A DNA stretch of 64,000 nt from a virus (Duplodnaviria > Caudoviricetes), in IMG/VR virus record IMGVR_UViG_3300027974_001530; one strand, given 5' to 3'. The notes beneath the pieces were generated by a model. It was not told the origin of the DNA and searched no databases. It was given only the letters and a program-made list of their open reading frames with translations. The position numbers and the translations under genes are program-made. Shown piece after piece: positions 20,023 to 29,028 of this stretch. Position 1 is the stretch's first letter. The number at the start of each line of letters is the position of its first letter.

Positions 20023-20771
20023 TGGAATTAAATGTTGAATTAAATGAAGACACGGATGAAAAGAAAAAGAAGGGAAGAAAACCTAAGTTAAATAATTATT
20101 TTGATGAACCACAAGAGACTGCGGTTAGAATGTATCTAACCGCAACTACAATGGACGAAAAGAACAAAATATATAATGATTATTTAAAATTTCCCTTAGA
20201 TAAAATGATATCGTCAATTATAAGACGATATAAATTATACAGAAAAGATATGGATTTTAATGAGATCCATACAGACACTCATTCATTTTTGATGACTAAA
20301 GTAGATAAATTTAAACCATCAAAAGAAAAAAAGGCTTACTCGTATTTTGGTACAATATGTAAAAACTACCTTATGGGTCAAATACTCAAAGACCAAAAAG
20401 AAATGAATCGTAAAGTATCTTATGAAGATATCTCTGCGGACCTACATAATGCCCCTGATATGATTTACCACATAGATAATGATGATGTATCAACTGAGGA
20501 AATAATAAATAAATTTATTATTAAATTATCTGACTCTATGAACGAAAAAAACATTAGCGATCAAGAAATTAAGTTAGGTGAGGCTTTAATGGAAATCTTT
20601 AAAAACTATAATAATATTTTTGTTGAAAATACAAATAATAATAAGTTCAATAAAAATGTTGTTTTATTTGAAATACGAGAAATGACAAATTTATCCACAA
20701 AAGAAATAAGGAATTCTTTAAAGAGATATAAAAAAATATATCAAGAAATAATTAATGAAATCCTAAAATAA
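20019..20771 (+). CDS. Phage sigma factor, T4 gp55-like (late transcription)
   Basis: Region-2-like segment 'EIHTDTHSFLMTKVDKFKPSKEKKAYSYFGTICKNYL' parallels gp55 'F..K..N..AY.T..C.NAF'; C-terminal helical HTH-like segment. Confidence 0.65.
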   Translation: MMELNVELNEDTDEKKKKGRKPKLNNYFDEPQETAVRMYLTATTMDEKNKIYNDYLKFPLDKMISSIIRRYKLYRKDMDFNEIHTDTHSFLMTKVDKFKPSKEKKAYSYFGTICKNYLMGQILKDQKEMNRKVSYEDISADLHNAPDMIYHIDNDDVSTEEIINKFIIKLSDSMNEKNISDQEIKLGEALMEIFKNYNNIFVENTNNNKFNKNVVLFEIREMTNLSTKEIRNSLKRYKKIYQEIINEILK

Positions 20772-20791
20772 AAACAAAAATATTTATTGAT

Positions 20792-21160
20792 ATGCCAAGA
20801 CCTCCAAAAAAAGAAATTAATTTAACTAAAGACTCATTGTTATCTTTAATGCAAGAAATCTACAATGAAATTGTTGAGCAAAGAAATACCGCAATTAGGA
20901 TTCAAAATAAAATGTTAACAATGATGAAAGAACCTGAAGATATGACTCTTATAGGTCCTGTGATTGAAAAACAACAAAAAATTATAAATGACTGTGTTGA
21001 GAAAAAACTTTCTCTATCAAAACTCCAAGCACAAATTTGGCAAAAGTCTCAAGAAAAACAAGATAACTTTACTTTATCTGATTTAGAAATGGACGACGAT
21101 ATTTTAAAATCTTTAATTAATAAAGACACTGACGATAAAAACTACAAACTTAATAAGTAA
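20792..21160 (+). CDS. Hypothetical coiled-coil protein
   Basis: 122 aa; TATTTAT at 20781-20787 marks the start of a late unit. Confidence 0.75.
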   Translation: MPRPPKKEINLTKDSLLSLMQEIYNEIVEQRNTAIRIQNKMLTMMKEPEDMTLIGPVIEKQQKIINDCVEKKLSLSKLQAQIWQKSQEKQDNFTLSDLEMDDDILKSLINKDTDDKNYKLNK

Positions 21161-23061
21161 TGCCATCACAAGATTTAAACTTTAGTTATGGTGATGTTAA
21201 AAGTAAAATAAACGCCGCGAAAACCTATAATCAGGTAAGACAAGATATTGCCCAATTATCTAAGAAAAAAGGAGATAACGAAGAAGTTAATTCTAAAAAA
21301 AATAGAAGGTCTAAATCAGAGGCGGAGAAAGAAAAAAAAAGATCTCAAAAAAAACAAAAAACACAATTAGACGAATTAGTTGATATTGCAAGTTTAACAA
21401 ATAGAAAAGGGGCTAATACTATAGAATATTTAAAAAAAACATTTGTAAGAGCCTTAGCAAATTGTAAACCAAAGTTAGTTGAGATCCTTTTAAAAGAATC
21501 AATTAATACAATTGGTTGTAGTCAAGATCAGGAGTTTAATCCAAACCAACCATTATATATTCCTGTTAGGTCAATTGATTTATTATCATTACTAAAAAAA
21601 GATCCATCAGATGACAAGAATAAAATTTTATACGAAAAACAATCTATAAACGTTGGGTCTATTCCTTTCGCAATGAACAAAGAGTTGTATAATAGAATAC
21701 AATCATTGGGTACCTCATTTTTTAATCAATATGGTCAATACTATAGAGGGGCTTCGGGTCAAAATCTTTTTGATATTGAGTTTGTTTTACAGGACGGTAT
21801 CGGTAACCCAGGTCAATTTTATAAAGTAACATTACAGTCAAGATCTTCAGGTATAAATAAAATTTCAGAAACATTAAAGGATTATTATGCGTCTTTAGAT
21901 ATTTTAGATTTTAACAATGTAATTGCTATGTTGTTTGAGATGTTAACAGGATTTTTATCAATACAGTCTGGTTCAGGTAATTTAAAAATCGGAGACTTCT
22001 CAAAGTTCCAAATAATCTTACAAAGAATTTTAGGTTTATGTTTTGATTCAAACAAAGAGATAGATGTTGCTGGAACATCAAAAACTTCAGAATTAGATGA
22101 GGTTGACGAATCATTTTTTGAATTTACAAGTGTTGATCTATTTGAAATAGAGGAAAGAATAAATAATATCTATCAAGGGGTTATTGTTTTTGAGGATTGT
22201 GATAATGTAAACGTCCCTATAGACCCTGTTTTAATAAATGATGCAATTAGTGATTTAATTTTTATATCGGGACAAACTGTTGATGCTACGGTTGACAACG
22301 CAAGTTCTGCGGTTGTAAACGCATCTAATGATAGTGGTTTTGGAATTAAAATAAATTTTGATCTAAGTCTATTAAAAAATTTACCTAAATCAATTTTATT
22401 TGCATTACTATCTCCTAAAGTTTTATTACCGATAATGGTAATGTTAAAATCTCTTGGGTCCACAATTGGGGACTTGGTAAAATCTTTAATGGATTTTGTT
22501 AAGAAATTTTTTAGGATGGTAAGTCAAATAATGTCTCAAATAGGTGCAATTTTCATACAGGAACTTTTTAACATTATTAAAAAAGATATTCAAAACTTAT
22601 TACAAGCAATAATTTTAGATGTAACAAAAGAGACCTCTCAAACAAGACTAAGAATTATATTAAGACTAATTGAAATAATCTTAACCGTCGCGAGATTAAT
22701 AAAGGATTGGAGGGAGTGTAAGGGGGTGGTTGATGAAATCTTACAGTTATTAAAAATCGCAATAAGTGGATTTGGTGATACAGTACCAAAACCTTTGTTA
22801 GTCGCAACAAAACTATTAAGTGGATATTCGGCATCAAGAGCCTTTGTAAATTCTATTGAGGAATATCAAAAAGTAGGTTTGCCAACAGGTCCTATGCCAG
22901 ACGGAAGTCCCAATTTAGGATTGGCGTCTCTTTTCTCACAGTTAAAGGCGAATAAAAAAGAAGAAGATGAAAACAGTAAAGTAGAAGGTATAACAGGATA
23001 TGGTACTTGGGTTCCTGGCGGGATCGTAATGCCAATGAATTTAAGTGGTAAAAAAATATAA
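21160..23061 (+). CDS. Hypothetical structural protein (late operon)
   Basis: 633-aa ORF upstream of the baseplate spike gene. Confidence 0.7.
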   Translation: MPSQDLNFSYGDVKSKINAAKTYNQVRQDIAQLSKKKGDNEEVNSKKNRRSKSEAEKEKKRSQKKQKTQLDELVDIASLTNRKGANTIEYLKKTFVRALANCKPKLVEILLKESINTIGCSQDQEFNPNQPLYIPVRSIDLLSLLKKDPSDDKNKILYEKQSINVGSIPFAMNKELYNRIQSLGTSFFNQYGQYYRGASGQNLFDIEFVLQDGIGNPGQFYKVTLQSRSSGINKISETLKDYYASLDILDFNNVIAMLFEMLTGFLSIQSGSGNLKIGDFSKFQIILQRILGLCFDSNKEIDVAGTSKTSELDEVDESFFEFTSVDLFEIEERINNIYQGVIVFEDCDNVNVPIDPVLINDAISDLIFISGQTVDATVDNASSAVVNASNDSGFGIKINFDLSLLKNLPKSILFALLSPKVLLPIMVMLKSLGSTIGDLVKSLMDFVKKFFRMVSQIMSQIGAIFIQELFNIIKKDIQNLLQAIILDVTKETSQTRLRIILRLIEIILTVARLIKDWRECKGVVDEILQLLKIAISGFGDTVPKPLLVATKLLSGYSASRAFVNSIEEYQKVGLPTGPMPDGSPNLGLASLFSQLKANKKEEDENSKVEGITGYGTWVPGGIVMPMNLSGKKI

Positions 23062-23272
23062 CATGGATATTAAAGACGCAGAAAAAATAGCGGAAATAGT
23101 AAAAGATTATAAAAATAAATCTAATAAAGATTTAACCAAAGTTTTAGAATTTTTAAATGGTGAATTTGATCAGACTAAAAGTAAATTATTAATGTTGTCT
23201 AATTATTTAGACAAAATAGAAACAACATATAACACAATTTTAAAAGAACAAAATAGTAGAAATGGCGGGTAA
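23045..23272 (+). CDS. Hypothetical small coiled-coil protein
   Basis: 75-aa ORF overlapping both neighbours. Confidence 0.65.
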   Translation: MVKKYNMDIKDAEKIAEIVKDYKNKSNKDLTKVLEFLNGEFDQTKSKLLMLSNYLDKIETTYNTILKEQNSRNGG

Positions 23273-24791
23273 TGAAAATCAAATAATATTTCCTGGGGTT
23301 GTTTTAGACAATAAAGATCCTATGGTATTGGGTAGGTTAAGAGTTAGACCTGAAGTTAAAGATTATCAGGCGGTAATTAACTCTATTCCTAATTGGAGTG
23401 ATGAAACAGATCCGTGGACTCAAAGAGACCCGTTTTTATTTATATCTTTGTTACCGTTTTATATTAGTCAAATACCAGAAAAAGACGAGTTGGTCAACAT
23501 AATTTATCAAGACAAGTCTTTTGATAATTTAAATCAGTATTACATACAAGGTCCATTCTCATCACCACAAACAACAAATTTTGAACTCTTTGAGTCAGCA
23601 AAGAAATTTACGGCCGCAGGTTCTAAAATAAAACAATCACTTTCTCTTAAAAACCAAAAAGGTGAATATAGAAATATACAAAGTTTTGGGATCTTTCCTG
23701 AACCTGGAGATACTTCTTTATTAGGTAGGGGAACTGCGGATGTTATTGTTAAGAAAAATGAATTACTATTAAGAGCCGGTAAAACAAATAGTATTTTTGA
23801 TGTTAATAAATTCCCAATAGAAAATGAAAAAAGAGCATTTTTACATTTAAGTAATTATAGTACAAAATCTGAAAATGGGGAAGAAAGAGAAGAACAAACA
23901 ATATTTGTTGATAGTAAACCAATAAGAAAAGTTGTTGATTGGGACATCATAAATCCTGATAATACAATGGATGCATTTACAGGTACAATTTATTTATATA
24001 ATGTTCCGTATAACTTAACAGGAACCCTAAACGTATCATTAGAGTCAAAAGATTTTAGTGTTGTTAGTAACGTGTCTCAAATAGTAGGGGCTCCTGAATA
24101 CTATATACAATTTGTTGGTAAATCATTAAAAGAAACTTACACATTAATTAATGATTTTATTAAAGGGGTTAATGAGGGGTCAATTAATATTAGCGGATAT
24201 ACAATACATAACGTTTATGATCAATTTCCATTTTACTTTAGGCCTACACTAAACACTTACGATAAACTAATAAATCTTACAGGAGCAACACCAACAGAGA
24301 TTGACAATGTTAGTAAAATAAGTAACAAAGTTAAATTAAATTCAAACGACACAAAAACAGGTTATAATTTAGTTTGGGACTATAATAAAACCTCAAGACC
24401 AATTAGAATTAATAAATCAACATATATTCCAATACTATATTCAACCGCACCAATAACATATTCAACAATGGGTGCCGAAAAAGTATTTATTTTGTCTCAC
24501 GGAACAGAGATACCATCAAAAGGAAAAATAGATTTAAGTTCAACATTATACGGAATAAAAGAAGATAAATACACCAAAGAAATAATTCCAAAAACAGATC
24601 CTATGGTTAGGGGAGATGAATTAATGAAACTTATTAATTTGATCGTTAAATTTTTAATTTCACACGTACATCCATTCCATGGATTATCTCCGGTACCTGT
24701 CGGAAGGGACGGAACTAGAACTTCAGAAATTTTAGAACAACTATTAAACGCACCAAATACAATATTAAATCAAAATATTAGAATTAATTGA
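23262..24791 (+). CDS. Baseplate hub/spike protein (gp5/gpV-like)
   Basis: N-terminal OB-fold signature GVVLDNKDPMVLGRLRVR...IPEKDELVNI; C-terminal H-x-H (SHVHP) apex motif. Confidence 0.75.
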   Translation: MAGNENQIIFPGVVLDNKDPMVLGRLRVRPEVKDYQAVINSIPNWSDETDPWTQRDPFLFISLLPFYISQIPEKDELVNIIYQDKSFDNLNQYYIQGPFSSPQTTNFELFESAKKFTAAGSKIKQSLSLKNQKGEYRNIQSFGIFPEPGDTSLLGRGTADVIVKKNELLLRAGKTNSIFDVNKFPIENEKRAFLHLSNYSTKSENGEEREEQTIFVDSKPIRKVVDWDIINPDNTMDAFTGTIYLYNVPYNLTGTLNVSLESKDFSVVSNVSQIVGAPEYYIQFVGKSLKETYTLINDFIKGVNEGSINISGYTIHNVYDQFPFYFRPTLNTYDKLINLTGATPTEIDNVSKISNKVKLNSNDTKTGYNLVWDYNKTSRPIRINKSTYIPILYSTAPITYSTMGAEKVFILSHGTEIPSKGKIDLSSTLYGIKEDKYTKEIIPKTDPMVRGDELMKLINLIVKFLISHVHPFHGLSPVPVGRDGTRTSEILEQLLNAPNTILNQNIRIN

Positions 24792-24811
24792 TATTTATTA
24801 TAAAAAAGTAA

Positions 24812-26284
24812 ATGTCGATTAATAATTCATATTTCAGTAGGAATAATACCATAATTTCCAACAGTTTAACAAATACGGGTAGAAACCCTGTAATCGAATT
24901 GTTTTATGGGAATGATGATCTTTTAAACCCAAGGGGGTTTAGTAGATTTATATTTGATTTGGATTTAACTCTACTTAAAGAAAAATATAACGATGGGATT
25001 ATAAATCCTTTGTGTGATAATAATAACATTAAACATACGTTAAGAATGACAAATACATCATTCTTTAATAAAGAATTTTTAAATGAAAAGAATTCTGAAG
25101 GTAGATTAAGAGCAACATCATTCGATTTAATTCTTTTTAGGATACCATATTTTGATTTGGATCCTGATAAACCTCAAATTTGGGACGAAGGGGTTGGTTA
25201 CGACTACGCTAATATTATATCTACAGTACCTAACGATAAAAACTTTTCAGATAGACCATCAAATTGGTATCAAACAACAACTATAGATTTTTGGGGAAAT
25301 CCCGGAATTTACAATAATTTAAATACATCTACAGGTACAGGAGTTAACTATTCATCGATAACAATTGTTGACATCCAACACTTTGAATTTGGTGATGAGA
25401 ATATTGAGTTTGATATGACAGAAGAAATTGAAGGTATTCTTAAAGGAGATACGTTAAATCCTGTTGGTTGGGGTATTGCGTTTTTACCACAGGTTGAAAA
25501 TTTAACAGGGACAACAGGATCATATTCTGTTGGATTCTTTTCAAGACACACTCAAACTTTTTACGAACCGTTTTTAGAAACAAACTATGACGATCTTATA
25601 GATGATGATAGAAATAATTTTACTCTTGGTAAAATAAATAAACTTTATCTTTACGTGTTTGAGGATGGGGATTTTCAAAACTTAGACCAACCACCGTCAG
25701 TTACAATAAGCGACTCAAGTGGATCCCCAATTCCGGGGTTAATCAATATTAGTTCTTGTCAAAAAACAAAAGGCGTTTATGAAGTTATTATACCACCTTT
25801 AATTGGTTATAAAACCCCTTGTACCTTTAACGACACATGGTCAAATGTAAAATTAAATGGTTTTTCTTTACCTGACATATATAATGATTTTACAATATAT
25901 CCATTACAAAAATCTATACAGATAGGAACGTCAACAAACAATCCTTCTTTATATGGATTCGATTATTATGGAATCAAACAAGATGAAATGATCTTAAATA
26001 CCGACATTAGAAAAGTTGGTGTTATTGTTAAACAAGCATATACCACTAATAAACAATTACCAAATGTTGATGTGTTTTATAGAGTTTATGTAAAAGAAGG
26101 AACAACTGAGGTACAAGTTCAAGATTGGACAAAAATAAATAAGACCCCAAATGAATACTACTTTATTTTTGACACAAGAGATAAGATACCAAATGAATAT
26201 TTTATTGATTTAAAAGTAATTTCTTCTGGTGAGATAAATACTTATAAGAAACAAATTAAATTTCAGATCGTAAATAAAAAATAA
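24812..26284 (+). CDS. Putative virion structural protein
   Basis: 490 aa, beta-rich; TATTTAT at 24792-24798. Confidence 0.65.
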   Translation: MSINNSYFSRNNTIISNSLTNTGRNPVIELFYGNDDLLNPRGFSRFIFDLDLTLLKEKYNDGIINPLCDNNNIKHTLRMTNTSFFNKEFLNEKNSEGRLRATSFDLILFRIPYFDLDPDKPQIWDEGVGYDYANIISTVPNDKNFSDRPSNWYQTTTIDFWGNPGIYNNLNTSTGTGVNYSSITIVDIQHFEFGDENIEFDMTEEIEGILKGDTLNPVGWGIAFLPQVENLTGTTGSYSVGFFSRHTQTFYEPFLETNYDDLIDDDRNNFTLGKINKLYLYVFEDGDFQNLDQPPSVTISDSSGSPIPGLINISSCQKTKGVYEVIIPPLIGYKTPCTFNDTWSNVKLNGFSLPDIYNDFTIYPLQKSIQIGTSTNNPSLYGFDYYGIKQDEMILNTDIRKVGVIVKQAYTTNKQLPNVDVFYRVYVKEGTTEVQVQDWTKINKTPNEYYFIFDTRDKIPNEYFIDLKVISSGEINTYKKQIKFQIVNKK

Positions 26285-26305
26285 AGATATTTATTAAATA
26301 AAGAT

Positions 26306-26695
26306 ATGGCAAATTATACATTAGAACAATGTTCATCATTAAATACTTTTACAGTTGATTTTGGTGCGGTTATACCCACAACAGGAGAAACTTATTCATT
26401 TAGTGATGGACTAACAGGAGAAACTATTTGTGGTACCGTATTATCTCTTAGTCTACCTTTTCCACCAACAACATATTCGGCAATGACCCTATATGATAAT
26501 TGTCATGAATGTATTATTGATATACCAAGAAGCGCAAACACAGAAGAGAATATTTGTATTGAGATTTGTGGTCCATCAGGAAACACCGTGACAAGCGTTC
26601 CATCCCCTCATCCAGTTTGGACTGACAATTACGGTACAGAAGTTACTCAATTAAATGCAATCACTTTAGGTGGTCAAAACGGATTAAATAATTAA
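26306..26695 (+). CDS. Cys/Thr-rich putative virion protein
   Basis: 129 aa; TATTTAT at 26288-26294. Confidence 0.65.
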   Translation: MANYTLEQCSSLNTFTVDFGAVIPTTGETYSFSDGLTGETICGTVLSLSLPFPPTTYSAMTLYDNCHECIIDIPRSANTEENICIEICGPSGNTVTSVPSPHPVWTDNYGTEVTQLNAITLGGQNGLNN

Positions 26696-26699
26696 ATTT

Positions 26700-27377
26700 A
26701 TGAAAAATTTAAAAAGAATTATTAGAAAAGTTTTATCTGAGTCAGATTATACGGTTGAACCTGAATTAGGAACTTTTCCAAGAGAAAAAGAAGTTAAAAG
26801 TATTTTTGGTCAAAAGTATGGGTCATATGTCCCTGCTGATGTTTTACGTTACTTAAGAAAGAATCCCGCATTAATTTTTAAAAGACTTTATGAAATATAT
26901 GGAGAAAAATCTTTTGAGTATTTAAATAACGCAAAGGGAGATAATAGTATTACAGAATCTAAAGAAGATATGTCATCAAGATATATGTTCTTTTCTAATT
27001 TAGAACAAATGAAAAGACAATCTGAAATATTATTAGATATGGATCAAGATATGGTTGAATCTATTTTAGAGAACGGTCACGATTGGGCTCAAGATCATAT
27101 TTCTGAAGCAAAAAACAATATGGATCAAGTTTTTGATTTTTTAATGAATGAGACGGAAAGAGACGGTATGGAAATGTCTATGAATGATAAAGATATGGTT
27201 ATGGCGGAAGGTAGAAAAAAAACAGGAACGCCTCTTTGTGCAAGAGGTAAGGCATCAGCAAAGGCAAAATATGACGTGTACCCAAGTGCATATTCAAATG
27301 GACATGCTGTTCAAGTATGTAAAGGTAAAATAAAAGGTCTTGATGGTAAAAGACATTGTTCAGGAGCTTACTGTTAA
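26700..27377 (+). CDS. Hypothetical protein with a basic Cys-containing C-terminal domain (AKAKYDVYPSAY type)
   Basis: C-terminal LCARGKASAKAKYDVYPSAYSNGHAVQVCKG; N-terminal amphipathic leader ending VLSE. Confidence 0.75.
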   Translation: MKNLKRIIRKVLSESDYTVEPELGTFPREKEVKSIFGQKYGSYVPADVLRYLRKNPALIFKRLYEIYGEKSFEYLNNAKGDNSITESKEDMSSRYMFFSNLEQMKRQSEILLDMDQDMVESILENGHDWAQDHISEAKNNMDQVFDFLMNETERDGMEMSMNDKDMVMAEGRKKTGTPLCARGKASAKAKYDVYPSAYSNGHAVQVCKGKIKGLDGKRHCSGAYC

Positions 27378-27416
27378 AAAATTTTTTAAAAATATTTTTT
27401 ATTCAAATAATTTATG

Positions 27417-27424
27417 TATATTTG
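27417..27424 (+). promoter_or_regulatory. Bacteroidota-type -7 promoter (TATATTTG)
   Basis: Exact TAnnTTTG, 22 nt upstream of ATG 27447. Confidence 0.65.
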
Positions 27425-27446
27425 TAGATACAAACATTATATAGAT

Positions 27447-27875
27447 ATGAAAACCAGAATAAAAAGATTCTTCAATAGATTAAAAATTAAATTTTACATT
27501 TGGTCAAAAAAATCTTCAAGTATTATACCAACTTATCAAGATGAAACCCTATCATATGAAAAGACTTGTTTTAAAATATGTCTTAAAATAATACAACATA
27601 GCGATACAGAATTTATGATAGCCCCAATGTCTGATAAACGTTATCTTAAAAATGACGATATGAAAATTTTTGTAACAATGACAGATCGTAGAGTTGAAAT
27701 CACTAATCACGTTTATAATTATAATGTTAAATTACATGAAAGGGATTGGGAAAGATTAACATATATTTTTGATCTTGAGGCAGATAAGAGAAGACTTAAG
27801 TATGAAATTGACGTTAATTCACAGATTACTAACTCTCTACATAATATCTTAGAACGAGTTTCTAATTTCGATTAA
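27447..27875 (+). CDS. Hypothetical protein (start re-called at ATG 27447)
   Basis: The ORF-track start at 27414 lies upstream of the promoter; MKTRIKRFF... has an A-rich leader. Confidence 0.7.
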   Translation: MKTRIKRFFNRLKIKFYIWSKKSSSIIPTYQDETLSYEKTCFKICLKIIQHSDTEFMIAPMSDKRYLKNDDMKIFVTMTDRRVEITNHVYNYNVKLHERDWERLTYIFDLEADKRRLKYEIDVNSQITNSLHNILERVSNFD

Positions 27876-28769
27876 AATTTTATCAATCAAAGAATCTACG
27901 GATTCTTTTTTTGTTTTATACGATGTCATTATTGGTTTTTGTCCTTTTCCTGTTTGTGTGTCTTTTTTTTCTGCGGTTCTTTTTTGTTGACATGCAGATC
28001 TTTTTTGTGAATCACTCATTTTACCAGCAACTCCAGCCGCTCTACATTTAGGGTAAGATCCTTTATTTGTGTCAGGTCTACCACAAGGTGGGTGTTTACC
28101 ATCAACCTTACGACAAATATCAACCCACGGTCCTTTTGGTTGTTTTGATCCTTTTGGTTTTTTCTTTTTACCAAACCAAACGGCAAGATCTTCAGAAATT
28201 GTGTGGGCATCATATACTTCATATTCATAAGAATTATCTTTATTTTTGTCCCACATACCAACAACACGTTTAATATTATTTTTAAGTGTTTTTTGTTTAC
28301 TAAGGTGGTTCACATCATGATCTAATTCATATGTAAACGGAGATAAATGGTGAGTTTTCCACTTCCTTAACCCAATTTCAATTGGATCACTATACTCACC
28401 AGCAGTGATTGTGGTATCTGACTCCTTTATTGGAACAATTTTTTTACCTCTACCCGGCGTTTGATTTATACTATTACCATCATCATCACTAAATGTTGAT
28501 AGTGGATGTTTTTTAATGTAGTTTGTAACTTTTTTGGATTTCCCCTCAATTTTTTTTATTTGTTTTGGAGTTTCGTCCATTTTCCCGTCGTAACTATCAT
28601 ACTGTAATAAAGGACTATCATAATGACCAACCTCATCTGTAAAAGGCGCTAATATATTTTTTTTAAAGACTCTAAATCCTGGTTGTAATGGTGCAACATA
28701 CGAACCACGACTACCACTCTCTGACGACGCTTCTTTAATAATTTTATTTACAATGTCTTTTATATTCAT
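27849..28769 (-). CDS. Hypothetical protein with a basic Cys-containing C-terminal domain (WF...WVDIC...PCGR...YPKCR type)
   Basis: EDLAVWFGKKK...GPWVDICRKVDGKHPPCGRPDTNKGSYPKCR; TATTTAT at 28776-28782. Confidence 0.75.
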   Translation of the reverse strand: MNIKDIVNKIIKEASSESGSRGSYVAPLQPGFRVFKKNILAPFTDEVGHYDSPLLQYDSYDGKMDETPKQIKKIEGKSKKVTNYIKKHPLSTFSDDDGNSINQTPGRGKKIVPIKESDTTITAGEYSDPIEIGLRKWKTHHLSPFTYELDHDVNHLSKQKTLKNNIKRVVGMWDKNKDNSYEYEVYDAHTISEDLAVWFGKKKKPKGSKQPKGPWVDICRKVDGKHPPCGRPDTNKGSYPKCRAAGVAGKMSDSQKRSACQQKRTAEKKDTQTGKGQKPIMTSYKTKKESVDSLIDKILIEIRNSF

Positions 28770-28797
28770 TATTATATAAATATCACATTTAATAATT

Positions 28798-29025
28798 ATG
28801 GAACAAGAAAATAAAAACTTTGGGGTACTTTTTGATAATATAACTCTTTTGTCTGAAGAACATTTAGAAGTAATGTTATCTACAATGGATAAAGAATATG
28901 CATTATACTACTTGATTGAGTCAGTAAAATCATCATATAATAGAGGATCTTTCTCTATTGGAGAAACAGAAGTACTATCTAAAGCAATCAGAATACTATC
29001 TAAAAACAATTCCCCCAAAGAATAA
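28798..29025 (+). CDS. Hypothetical protein
   Basis: 75-aa ORF between divergent and convergent neighbours. Confidence 0.65.
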   Translation: MEQENKNFGVLFDNITLLSEEHLEVMLSTMDKEYALYYLIESVKSSYNRGSFSIGETEVLSKAIRILSKNNSPKE

Positions 29026-29028
29026 TTT

